A DNA stretch of 64,000 nucleotides. Source: Marinoscillum sp. Its GTDB lineage: Bacteria; Bacteroidota; Bacteroidia; Cytophagales; Cyclobacteriaceae. The DNA lies in contig JAMWZA010000004.1 in the NCBI GenBank assembly GCA_024305105.1, forward strand, positions 7,876 through 71,875. The letters run 5' to 3'. This document shows, in pieces, positions 54,715 through 64,000 of this stretch; positions within the stretch are counted from its first letter, which is position 1; the number at the start of each line of letters is the position of its first letter. Below the pieces are notes generated by a model. It saw only the letters and a program-made list of their open reading frames with translations. It searched no databases and was not told the origin of the DNA. Both the position numbers and the translations under genes were made by a program.

Positions 54715-57412
54715 TAATCGTCACATACCCCGAGCCATCACGGAGCCAGGTAATTGCCTCCCCCTGGGGCTCCTCAACATAAGGTAAAGAGGTAACAGAA
54801 CGTGCTAGAGCATCTATAACTGATTCACCTTCACCACGTTTCCAATAGAACACATTGTCCTTGTTTTTTATAAGTATTTCGGATCCATCAGGTGAGATAT
54901 CGCCTCCATTCGTCAATCGAAATGGTAGGGTAACGTTGGACTTGATAAGATTTAGTGTGTCTTCCGTAGGTTGAGGGAATGGCATGGAATAAATCTGCAC
55001 ATGAGTCTCCCGTTTTGTGACAAGATACAATTCTCTGGTCTCAGGGTCTATCATTAGAATTTCGGCATCCCTGGGTCCATCTGCGTAGGTAAATGTGAAT
55101 GAAGAAACCTCACTTTTGGCCAAACTGAGATTTTGATTTAAACTGGTGATATCAACAGCTGGCTCAGCAACCCGGTAAATGTACTTGTACTTGTTATCCG
55201 CGCCATTATCTCCAATGTCGGCAACGTACAGGTAGGACAGTTCCTGATCAGGCCCAGGCCCTAATGTGATGTCCTCCCAGTCTCTGCTTGTAATGTTGTC
55301 AATGGTTATTCTAGCTACAGTTTGTCCATTTTCATTCACCAGGTACACATTGGCATCATCTCCACTATCATTATGTACCCAAAAGTGGTTTGGATATCTA
55401 ACACTTGCAGCAATACCAGATATTTCGTCCAAACGACCATCTGAAAATTCAGTCAAAACTATTCCCATTTCTTCAAAAAACTCAGGTGGATCCATGATGA
55501 GGGTAATGTTCTTTTCAAAGTTATTTCCGACATCTCTCAGGGTGAGCAGTGCCGTGTCACGTTGCATGCTAGAGGGTACCAGAGCGATCTTTTTATTAGG
55601 AAGCACCTCGATATTAAACGCCTTTTCGCTACTCAATTCCCAAGTATATTGAGGTGCATTGGCTCCCTGATAAGTAGATGGATTCAAAGTAAGGTTATCC
55701 TTTGAATAGAAATCTTGAAAGGTGGGATCATCAGTAAAATAGAAATAAGGCCGGCGTACAAAACAGTGTATCGTATCTACTCCATAAATAGCCGTATCCA
55801 CGGCATTTAGGAATACACCCGGTTGTGTGTCAGTGAAACCATTTGCATCATAAGATTCTGTAAATGTCCCATTAACTTCACTATTGGTGTTTCCGTTTAT
55901 GGCTAATGAAACATTTTGTTCACCCTCCCTGTGTAACGATTGATACCTAAGGTTATAAATGCTATAAGAGCGTTTGACAATGTCTGCTTGAATCCTATTG
56001 ATGGCACTTTCCAGCTCGCTATCGTCGCTGATAGGGATGAACCTCTCAGGGCTGACCAGTTTAGGTTTGGTGAAACTATCAGCTATACTATCCATACTAA
56101 TTAAGTACACCCATTTATCACCACGTTCATTAATAACTTCCTCCAGCCACTCACTACTGGCCTGCTCACTGCTGCCAGCTGAAAACACTATTACAGCGCC
56201 CTGTGATACGCTCAAAGGAGCATGTTCGTCCTGCCAACTATTAAGAGCGAGAGGCAGTGACACGGCTAAATTAGATTTCCCTTCATTTTGTGGTTCAATT
56301 CTGCTGATATAATACTCGAGATTAAGTTTATTGTCCATGAAGTGATTAACTAATTCTGCAGAATCCGCATAAGCATAAATAGCTATTTGCTGATTGACTG
56401 CCATTATGTCTACCAAGTGATTGGCTGCCCTTTGGAAAGACTGGAGATGGTCCGTAGTATTTTGACCTCTATCAATAAGTAAAACAGTATTGATAAAAGT
56501 GGATGATTGGTTTGTCTTCTTGATGCTTAGAAAAGTAGCTTCCGGAGAGGCAGGTTCGCCATTTTCGTAAACAACAAAGTCCTCACCATCTAAAAAGTCT
56601 ACTCCTCCTTTGTGCCTGTCTGTAACTGTAAACCAAGCATTGACCAAGCCTGGTATATGTGATTGAAAATCGACATTGCTAAAGGCAAAGTGTCGGTCTT
56701 CAAACTCAAAAGAATAATTTTTACTCCTGTAAAGGATATCATACTCCGTGTCTATATGTAAGCCAGAATAAGCGTTAAAATGGAGTATGTCTCCAATAGT
56801 CATTTCCAATTCGTTACTAGTTGCTCGATGGATTGTTTTTGCCTGAAGACCTGTTGTGGTATCGTCGACCTCAACAGCTTGTAACCCAAAATAAGTAATG
56901 TCTGCCACCTCTCCACTTCCTTGGGTACACTGCATCCGATAAGTCTTAACAGACAGTCCGTTTGTTACTTTCAACAGATAAATACCTACCAATCCAACCT
57001 CTATTTGAAACGTATTCTTCCCCTTAGATGCATACTGTGTTCTCCTGATTAGTTGTCTGCCGGAAAGGTCAAAAACAGCTAGACTAATTGGTCCGGAGAC
57101 CTCACTAACCCACTCAAAGCTTGTGGATTTACTAAATGGGTTCGGATATAAGTAGGACTCTAAATATACCCTTGATGACAAAACTTGCTCAGACAACGTG
57201 TCTGGTGAATCTGTCTCAAAAATGATATCATAATAATCCGACTCAATAACCTTTGAATACCCATTTGTTAAATTTGTGATCTTCACGCTATCGAGTGCCT
57301 CAGAAGACCCGAATGTAAGCCGAATATTCTCCTGTGCGGATAGTGAAAACGAACAGATTATAAACCCGATGACAGTGAAGGGGTTTATCTTAGATAACAT
57401 CAGCTGTATCAT
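54677..57412 (-). CDS. Secreted protein with an internal T9SS-CTD-like domain, a degenerate vWA domain and a C-terminal beta-propeller
   Basis: aa 87-161 YLYPNPF...VFDLSGR...GIYLLKV; aa 307-490 vWA-like (TVLLIDRGQN, AVIVFSAG); from aa ~650 EISGIAAS..WVHNDSGD..DWEDI..LYVADIGDN..EPQGEAI. Confidence 0.7.
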   Translation of the reverse strand: MIQLMLSKINPFTVIGFIICSFSLSAQENIRLTFGSSEALDSVKITNLTNGYSKVIESDYYDIIFETDSPDTLSEQVLSSRVYLESYLYPNPFSKSTSFEWVSEVSGPISLAVFDLSGRQLIRRTQYASKGKNTFQIEVGLVGIYLLKVTNGLSVKTYRMQCTQGSGEVADITYFGLQAVEVDDTTTGLQAKTIHRATSNELEMTIGDILHFNAYSGLHIDTEYDILYRSKNYSFEFEDRHFAFSNVDFQSHIPGLVNAWFTVTDRHKGGVDFLDGEDFVVYENGEPASPEATFLSIKKTNQSSTFINTVLLIDRGQNTTDHLQSFQRAANHLVDIMAVNQQIAIYAYADSAELVNHFMDNKLNLEYYISRIEPQNEGKSNLAVSLPLALNSWQDEHAPLSVSQGAVIVFSAGSSEQASSEWLEEVINERGDKWVYLISMDSIADSFTKPKLVSPERFIPISDDSELESAINRIQADIVKRSYSIYNLRYQSLHREGEQNVSLAINGNTNSEVNGTFTESYDANGFTDTQPGVFLNAVDTAIYGVDTIHCFVRRPYFYFTDDPTFQDFYSKDNLTLNPSTYQGANAPQYTWELSSEKAFNIEVLPNKKIALVPSSMQRDTALLTLRDVGNNFEKNITLIMDPPEFFEEMGIVLTEFSDGRLDEISGIAASVRYPNHFWVHNDSGDDANVYLVNENGQTVARITIDNITSRDWEDITLGPGPDQELSYLYVADIGDNGADNKYKYIYRVAEPAVDITSLNQNLSLAKSEVSSFTFTYADGPRDAEILMIDPETRELYLVTKRETHVQIYSMPFPQPTEDTLNLIKSNVTLPFRLTNGGDISPDGSEILIKNKDNVFYWKRGEGESVIDALARSVTSLPYVEEPQGEAITWLRDGSGYVTISEREPILYLYKR

Positions 57413-57461
57413 ATCATAAAAAACTCTTAGCTATTACTATCAATTTATCCTTTGAAGCAAT

Positions 57462-58706
57462 TCAGTTGGTTTTCGGGTCCCATATTGTTGCATGGATTTG
57501 TCCTTGTCGCTCCTTGGTAGAATAATAAAATATAGCCACCATTTTACCATCTGATCTGGTAATGACACGCGGATAGCCCAAATCATTTAATTCCATATCC
57601 TCAGACCAGAAAGCATCGTACAAAATCTGAGGCTCGCTCCAGGTACGTCCTTCGTCTGAACTATATGCAATTTGTATCGTTCCTTCGTCGCGCTCACCAT
57701 AGACAGCACACAGCCTGCCATCTTGCATTAGTGCCAAAGCAGGCGGATTCCCATTACCACTTCCAGCATCGCCCACTTGTGATTGAAATGTCCATGTCTT
57801 CCCTCCATCAGTTGAAGCATAGGCGTCTACCCAATTTCTACTTTTTACTCCTTTTCCAGAATACTTTCTGCGCATAACTGTAAGCATCTTCCCATCAGAA
57901 AGCAAAAACGATTCAGACATTACTGCACGACATTGTGTAGACCATGGGTTTAAGGATTCATCATCATAGAGTGGCACCTTAACTGCACTCGCTACTTCAT
58001 CAGCATGGAAGGGCTTCACCACCCAACCGTGAAACTGAAAGGTTTTCCCTCCATCTGTAGTTTTGATACAGAACAACCGATCCTTGGCAAATTTGCCTTT
58101 AGGCCTGGCAGACATAAAAATAATGCACTCCTTTTTACCCAGAATGATGTAATCAGTCCGTGGAGTAATCTCAACTTCATCCCAATATTTTTTGAGCTCT
58201 GGATGATTCTGAAAATCTCCAAAGGTGTGAGGTCCTCTCCATTTCTTACCACGATTCGTCGTATAAAAAAAATGTCCTCTTGGGTCTTCCGCTCCGTGAT
58301 ATGCAGTACCTACTACCCGCATTGCAAAACCATTTTGCGTGAAATCAACCTCCTTTTTGAGATCAGTCAGTTCTGGTTGATCTCCAAAATCACCTACATA
58401 GTTTTTTGGGTTCCATGCTTTCCAGGTGAGGCCTCCATCATTACTACGTGACAACCAACTTGTTTGATCTTCACCCAGATTATGCCCCTCTTGAAGTACA
58501 TACTCCGCCTCTGTAAAGCCAACCAAAATATTATCTCCATCAAAAATCCATGCACCATTATTGGCCGGCCAACCTGCAAAACGGCCTTGCTGATGGTATG
58601 CAACTGCCTGTTCAGCTCCTTGTACCTCCTTTAATTGCTGCGCGTCCACACTCCCAATTGCAATCAGTGTACAAACTATTAGTAATCTGTTCTTGATATG
58701 TTCCAC
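57462..58706 (-). CDS. BNR/Asp-box beta-propeller protein (sialidase-fold, activity unknown)
   Basis: Five Asp boxes: SNDGGLTW, TTNRGKKW, TTDGGKTF, STDGGKTW, SSDEGRTW; DLGYP near the C-terminus; no F/YRIP. Confidence 0.8.
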   Translation of the reverse strand: MEHIKNRLLIVCTLIAIGSVDAQQLKEVQGAEQAVAYHQQGRFAGWPANNGAWIFDGDNILVGFTEAEYVLQEGHNLGEDQTSWLSRSNDGGLTWKAWNPKNYVGDFGDQPELTDLKKEVDFTQNGFAMRVVGTAYHGAEDPRGHFFYTTNRGKKWRGPHTFGDFQNHPELKKYWDEVEITPRTDYIILGKKECIIFMSARPKGKFAKDRLFCIKTTDGGKTFQFHGWVVKPFHADEVASAVKVPLYDDESLNPWSTQCRAVMSESFLLSDGKMLTVMRRKYSGKGVKSRNWVDAYASTDGGKTWTFQSQVGDAGSGNGNPPALALMQDGRLCAVYGERDEGTIQIAYSSDEGRTWSEPQILYDAFWSEDMELNDLGYPRVITRSDGKMVAIFYYSTKERQGQIHATIWDPKTN

Positions 58707-58902
58707 TCGTTAATTATTTATAAAGCTCATTCATAGACGAACTTCGGTTTAAAATGAATAATTAAATTTAGTTGCGTTTTAGAAGAGTGGATTGGCCGAT
58801 TTTGCAGATAAAGTATAGTATATTGACTATTTTGGCAAAATCGTTGATGAATCTATCGGCCGGATAAGGGTACAAGTACGACATGCCTAATAATATGTCA
58901 GC

Positions 58903-59784
58903 TTAAACACGCTCGTTACTTTGGTTTTCAAGATTTTTTAGGTTCTTCCTGTATTTACCTGGAGACACCCCGCAGATTTCCTTAAACTGATTATTAAAGT
59001 GTGCCAGATTGTTATAACCTGACTGATAGCAAACACTTGTAATGGAATACTCAGAGTCCTGAAGCAGCTTACAGGCATAACCAATCCTAACACCTTTTAG
59101 ATAATTGAATAGCGTGGTTCCAGTGGCACTTTCAAAAAACCTGCAAAAAGCACTTGGTGACATATGGCAGATTTCAGCTACATCTTTCAAATACACTTTT
59201 TCAGTGAAATTGACCATTATAAACTGAAAGACTTTATTCAGTTTATCACTTTGAGTTCTCTTGGTATCTTCAAAAAAGCCAGGTCTGGCAAGAACCTTCC
59301 ATTCTCTGGCCCCAATCAGTATTTCAAAAATTTCGAACAGATAAATCAGGCGTCTGAGATTGGTAGCATCTGTCATTTTATACATAATGTGACCTACCTT
59401 AGTGGCAAACTCCCCTGAAAACTGAATGCCAGAATAAGAGTCATTCAATAGCCCAATTACCGGCTTAAGTTCGGGAGACTTCATGATGTTTTGGCCAATG
59501 AAATCTTCTTGAAAATGAATAGTGATGCATTCGGGGTTCAGTCCCTTCCTAACGCTCTTTACCTCCCAACAATGTGGTAGATCTGGGCCAAGCAACACCA
59601 AGTCACCACGGGAGAAACTTTCAATATTATCACCAACAATCCGTGTTCCTGATCCATTAACAATGTAGTTGAGCTCAAAATTTTTGTGAGAATGAATTTT
59701 GTATGTCTCTGGGGACAGCATCGTCTTTTTCAAACCAAAAGATGAAGTTTCGGGGACGACTATGTGGGCTTTTACATGCTTCAT
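58903..59784 (-). CDS. AraC family transcriptional regulator (cupin + HTH)
   Basis: IHSHKNFELNYI..GSGTRIVGD; HMSPSAFCRFF; SGYNNLAHFNNQFK..GVSPGKYR. Confidence 0.95.
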   Translation of the reverse strand: MKHVKAHIVVPETSSFGLKKTMLSPETYKIHSHKNFELNYIVNGSGTRIVGDNIESFSRGDLVLLGPDLPHCWEVKSVRKGLNPECITIHFQEDFIGQNIMKSPELKPVIGLLNDSYSGIQFSGEFATKVGHIMYKMTDATNLRRLIYLFEIFEILIGAREWKVLARPGFFEDTKRTQSDKLNKVFQFIMVNFTEKVYLKDVAEICHMSPSAFCRFFESATGTTLFNYLKGVRIGYACKLLQDSEYSITSVCYQSGYNNLAHFNNQFKEICGVSPGKYRKNLKNLENQSNERV

Positions 59785-59857
59785 TTTTTATATAGGCTAA
59801 TTCAACCTCAATCAATGATCGTTAAATTGACAGTTAATAAACTACAATATAACTTTT

Positions 59858-61354
59858 CTATACTATTTCCCTGTCTTTGGGGTCCCAGTAAACCTTACGA
59901 TTTTCTCGAAGTGACTGAGTAGCCATATGACAGGTAATTCCCTCCTGGAATGCTTCCATAATATTACAACTTGTAAGACCACCATTTCGAATATGATACA
60001 ACCAATCAAAAAGGTGTAAATGCGTGGCATCCATTACACGACCGTTGAGGTCCATGAGTGTAAGGCCGCGATTCTGATAATAGGAGCTGGTAGCTCCCGA
60101 AACAGCATCGATTTCATTTTCTGATGACACTAATTTGTTCTTATGACCAGTCTGTACTTCATCTGCATATTTTTTTGAGTTACGATCAAAAGTCAACAAC
60201 AACGATTGCCCCAATTTCATGGAAGCTTCATTTCCCAAAAACATCGTATTTCTTTCGTCTCCACTTGCGAGATTTCCAGCGTAGGTAATCATTTTCTTCT
60301 GTTTTGGGTAATTGAAAACTGCATTGATGATATCTGGTGTTTCACGATCATCCTGGTAGTGATAAATTCCTCCTGATGCCGTTACCTCAGCGGGTATTCC
60401 GAGTCTTGTAATTTGATTGACTATATCAAACTCGTGTGAAAACAACTGGCCAACCATCCCCGTACTATACTCCCAGTAATGGGTCCAATTATAGAAACGC
60501 CGAATATCAAAAGGCACAGGGCTGGCCTTACCCAAAAATGCCTTCCAGTTTATAGTCTTTAAATCCCCCGGCTTATTTAAATGTCTTATCCATGCCCCAT
60601 GGTCTGTATTTCGATTGGAATAGGTCTCTATGCTTGTTACCTGACCAAGTGCTCCCTCCTGATACATCTTATATGCCAGCTGCACAGAAGTATGTTGCCT
60701 ATTTTGATGACCTAATTGGAAAACTATTTCGCTACTAGATACTTTGTCGAAAACAGCTACAGCTTCTTCTGCCGTTCGGGTTAGACACTTTTCACAGTAC
60801 ACATGCTTACCTGACTCTACGGCATCCAAAACCATCTGAGCATGCCAATGGTCAGGAGTAGCTATAATGACAGCATCCACTTGATCGCTAGACAGCAGAT
60901 CCTGATAATGTTCATATTTCTTTGGTGCATTTTTCAGACGGCCACTTCCATGTAATGGATCTAATACCATCTCTTCAGCACGATCTCTATGCAATTCAAA
61001 CACATCACAGATGGCTGTGACTGTTACATTAAGATCATATTGATTCTTATAAGCCTGATATTTTAAGGTCTCCTGTTCTTGGCTGCGCCAATTACTACCA
61101 GCAAACCCACATGCTCTTAGTAGTGATGAGCCCCTGGCGCCAACCCCTATGATTCCAAGGCGGATGGATTGTTTCATTCCTTCCAACGCTGGCTCTTCTT
61201 GTCCATTTTTAGAAGCTAATACTTCAAGAATGTCATTTTCCAAAACTGATCGATCTCGGATTTCCAATCCGCCAACACCTAAGCTACGAAGGATCGGAAC
61301 TCCTGCAAGTCCTCTTAAAAAATTTCGTCGATTCCAGTTTTTGATGTTACGCAT
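59858..61354 (-). CDS. Tat-exported Gfo/Idh/MocA family NAD(P) oxidoreductase
   Basis: Twin-arginine NRRNFL; GIIGVGARG; DAVIIATPDHWHA; HVYCEK; FQLGHQ.R. Confidence 0.88.
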   Translation of the reverse strand: MRNIKNWNRRNFLRGLAGVPILRSLGVGGLEIRDRSVLENDILEVLASKNGQEEPALEGMKQSIRLGIIGVGARGSSLLRACGFAGSNWRSQEQETLKYQAYKNQYDLNVTVTAICDVFELHRDRAEEMVLDPLHGSGRLKNAPKKYEHYQDLLSSDQVDAVIIATPDHWHAQMVLDAVESGKHVYCEKCLTRTAEEAVAVFDKVSSSEIVFQLGHQNRQHTSVQLAYKMYQEGALGQVTSIETYSNRNTDHGAWIRHLNKPGDLKTINWKAFLGKASPVPFDIRRFYNWTHYWEYSTGMVGQLFSHEFDIVNQITRLGIPAEVTASGGIYHYQDDRETPDIINAVFNYPKQKKMITYAGNLASGDERNTMFLGNEASMKLGQSLLLTFDRNSKKYADEVQTGHKNKLVSSENEIDAVSGATSSYYQNRGLTLMDLNGRVMDATHLHLFDWLYHIRNGGLTSCNIMEAFQEGITCHMATQSLRENRKVYWDPKDREIV

Positions 61355-61383
61355 AATGTGATTTTTTAAATCACTATGAGTGT

Positions 61384-63444
61384 CTAAGAAGAAGAAAACT
61401 CAATAGTGACTATCTCAAAAAAGGCTTTGTTCATCCAAATAACCAATTGGTCGGACCCCTGTTCGTACCCTACCCGGTACTCTGATCTTTTCAAAAGGTC
61501 ACCGTTTACCTTCAAGTCAAACACATGATTCCCCGACCTCCAGTTGGTAATAACAAAAGCCGGATGGATAAGCGGGCTTTTTGCACTCGCCGTAATACGG
61601 ACCTCTATTTTATTTTTTGGTAAAGCACACTGAATCACATATGCACGTTGATGCTTTTGATAGTAGACTGAATCCACGTTATCAGAATATGAACTGACCT
61701 TGGGGGCATGATTCCAGGACCGTGAGAGGTTTACAAGCCATTCTATAGAGTGCTGGGTCATACCCGTGAGAGAAACGGCACTAAAAGTACCATCTTCATG
61801 AGCATGTATTACTGGAGAATTCTCCATACCCTGTGACAGAGAGGAGTGTGATGGTCGGTCAGCATCCAATGCCTGTCGTCCATCATTGGGCAATTGGGCA
61901 ACAGGCCAATGATTCCACCAGGGAAACCTAGAAATGGAAGGACGAATCCCGCCAGTAAATGGCTTGATTTTTACTTCATTTTCAAAAATTATAAAGGGCT
62001 TAAATCTGGACTTGATATTCACCAACTGAACGTTCACATCGGCAGGATTTTCAAATGTTTTGGGTACCCCATTACTCCAGGAGTAGGTCATGTGCTCTCC
62101 GGCTTCATTGGCAAGAGTGAGCGCATCTGATTCGATGTTGTCTTCAGGCCTTTGGCCTGGTTGGTGTATGACGATGGTCTCTTGCCACTCGTGACTTAGG
62201 TAATCTGACCATAGCTTTTGGAATCTGGTGGATACACCATCGGGATATATATAATAATATTCTTCTGCCCACTCGCCCCAGTCGGTAGTAGATTCAGCTC
62301 CATAAACATTGTATAAAATATCGGACAATGCGTACCTCCAATGCAACACGATTCTTGCATCCGTTTTCTCAATGATTTTTACCTGAGAATAGCGTGTTTG
62401 TTTGTCTGACATATGTTCTGAACAGCCAAGTGGTGACTTCCCTTTGCCTGCCCGCTCCAAACTCTGATCAGCCATCCATATTCCTGATTCGCTCACCCAG
62501 ACACCTCCATAGCCTGTTCCACGCCAAAAGACATACTTAACAGGTAATTGATCAAATGACACCACTATATCCGGGTGGTCACCGACTCGCCAGGTATGCT
62601 CCCACTCTTGCGCGTATTCTAACCTCGTATAATATGCACGAAATACAGAATCATTGGAGGGTATCGGAAGTGCATAATAGTTGAGCGGTTGCCTATTTGT
62701 GGGTAATTGGGTCTCATAACTGGACGATATCTGCTGCTGAGTAAGCGCTTCTGCATATAGGGATATCTCATCCAATAGCCCGTGAATGATCATTTTGGAT
62801 CCGATCTCAAAACTCGCGGAGCGCTCGGAGCCTATCGGACCCAGGTCCTGAAGATTACGTCCTATCCATAATGTTTCATTTTCAAATTTAGGGAGTTCCC
62901 CAGTGACATCCACATGCTCTACCATGTTGGCATTGACATAAAGATGTATGCCCTTATCTGAGTGATAAGTGGCTGTAATTTGCTGCCATGAATGAAGGGG
63001 CAGCTTTTCTTGAGATACCAGGTGAATGAGCGTATCTTTTAATTGCAGTTTAAAACCAATGTAACCATAGGCATTGACTCCTAAGAAAAAGTCATGGACA
63101 AAATCGCTCTTAACAGGAGTTTGAGCTGAAGGTGTTCCCTGGTTGATTATTGCAGTCCAATTCCATGGATAGGTTTGCAATGCTACCCATGAGCTTACGG
63201 TAAATCCATTACTTAACTTCTCACTATCAATTGGCTCGGAAATAATGGTAGAAGTATACCCATCTAAAAACGCTGCCTTACCCTCTACTCCCTGCCTCCA
63301 AGTTAAATAACCCGCTTTACGGAAACTTTCACCCTTGTTGCCTTCAAAGCTCCACTGAATGTGGTTACCCCATGACTGATTCACTTGTGCTGAGAGCGAA
63401 AGTGAGATAATCATTATGATACCATTTAGCAAGTAAAGCTTCAT
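61384..63444 (-). CDS. LamG/ConA-like domain protein with a large uncharacterised C-terminal domain
   Basis: LamG signatures FTVSSWV, WQQITATY, HLYVN, LWIG, GLLDEISLYAEALT..QI; signal peptide. The C-terminal ~430 aa is unassigned. Confidence 0.75.
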   Translation of the reverse strand: MKLYLLNGIIMIISLSLSAQVNQSWGNHIQWSFEGNKGESFRKAGYLTWRQGVEGKAAFLDGYTSTIISEPIDSEKLSNGFTVSSWVALQTYPWNWTAIINQGTPSAQTPVKSDFVHDFFLGVNAYGYIGFKLQLKDTLIHLVSQEKLPLHSWQQITATYHSDKGIHLYVNANMVEHVDVTGELPKFENETLWIGRNLQDLGPIGSERSASFEIGSKMIIHGLLDEISLYAEALTQQQISSSYETQLPTNRQPLNYYALPIPSNDSVFRAYYTRLEYAQEWEHTWRVGDHPDIVVSFDQLPVKYVFWRGTGYGGVWVSESGIWMADQSLERAGKGKSPLGCSEHMSDKQTRYSQVKIIEKTDARIVLHWRYALSDILYNVYGAESTTDWGEWAEEYYYIYPDGVSTRFQKLWSDYLSHEWQETIVIHQPGQRPEDNIESDALTLANEAGEHMTYSWSNGVPKTFENPADVNVQLVNIKSRFKPFIIFENEVKIKPFTGGIRPSISRFPWWNHWPVAQLPNDGRQALDADRPSHSSLSQGMENSPVIHAHEDGTFSAVSLTGMTQHSIEWLVNLSRSWNHAPKVSSYSDNVDSVYYQKHQRAYVIQCALPKNKIEVRITASAKSPLIHPAFVITNWRSGNHVFDLKVNGDLLKRSEYRVGYEQGSDQLVIWMNKAFFEIVTIEFSSS

Positions 63445-63536
63445 AACACTTAATTAAAGGCACTCATCTATTCAATAGGCTACCGAATTCACAGCCTGCC
63501 AGTTCTCTTTTCTAACTCTTCATTGGATGCCAAAGG

Positions 63537-64000
63537 TTACTCCAAAATCCATGAAAGGTTGAATGTATACACCATCTTACCATCGGTCAGGTAAATCAAT
63601 CCATCAGGACTTTGAATAATAGACATATAGCCTATTTCCTGACCTTGATTTTTAGTTAGTGTATTGATTTTTTGCCAGGGTGCTACTCCAATCTGTTTAG
63701 AATTAGCTCCATTAATATTACTTATTACTCTTCTATGTTCCTCCGGCCAAGTTTTTCCCTCATCCCAAGAAAGCGCAACAAAAAGTCCTTTTACCTTATC
63801 TGGATCTGCCTCTGAATTCTTTGCTTCAAACTCCTCATTGGCAAAACCTACAAAAAGCAATGGCTTTGAATCAGTTGCTGCATATTGCAACCGCAATAAG
63901 CCAAACCTTTGCTCACCTTTAATTGAAGGAAAAATGGAAGCCTTCCTACTCCAGGTGCTACCCCCATCTATAGATAAACTAATGGGAGCCATACCATCAT
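63537..64000 (-). CDS. BNR/Asp-box protein, C-terminal fragment (runs off the right edge)
   Basis: Frame is open to the window edge; Asp boxes SIDGGSTW and SWDEGKTW; ends GYMSIIQSPDGLIYL...FNLSWILE. Confidence 0.75.
   Translation of the reverse strand, partial: DGMAPISLSIDGGSTWSRKASIFPSIKGEQRFGLLRLQYAATDSKPLLFVGFANEEFEAKNSEADPDKVKGLFVALSWDEGKTWPEEHRRVISNINGANSKQIGVAPWQKINTLTKNQGQEIGYMSIIQSPDGLIYLTDGKMVYTFNLSWILE

Noticed and set aside
58797-58843. 9-bp inverted repeat cgattttgc/gcaaaatcg downstream of araC as an operator
   Set aside because: Short and AT-rich with no second copy found; plausible but unsupported.

Overview
Bacteroidota-type DNA (T9SS C-terminal sorting domains, SusC/SusD, hybrid two-component system). 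Every recognisable gene except one is on the minus strand. Left part (1-11.8 kb): a partial sulfatase, a ROK kinase, and a 2522-aa T9SS-secreted mosaic protein with two metallophosphoesterase-like domains, a GH99/GH71-like domain and several repeated modules, then a convergent membrane protein/lipoprotein pair. At about 11.97 kb a short sequence resembling the 3' end of a tRNA, with a terminator on one side and tandem repeats on the other, may mark the edge of an integrated island. Right part (12.3 to >64 kb): a very large sulfated-glycan utilisation locus. It holds an HTCS, SusC/SusD, nine more Cys-type S1 sulfatases (ten in the window), two GH128-like enzymes, GH2, a GH5_13-like enzyme, an SGNH/CE6-like esterase, two paralogous unclassified beta-helix proteins, three BNR propellers lacking the sialidase RIP motif where the N-terminus is visible, a CBM-like module reused four times in three genes, ribulokinase, AraC, a Tat-exported Gfo/Idh/MocA oxidoreductase and a LamG protein. 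Two MITE-like elements lie in spacers. No intact tRNA, rRNA, CRISPR array, integrase or transposase was seen. Family and subfamily calls come from motif recognition by eye, not database searches.
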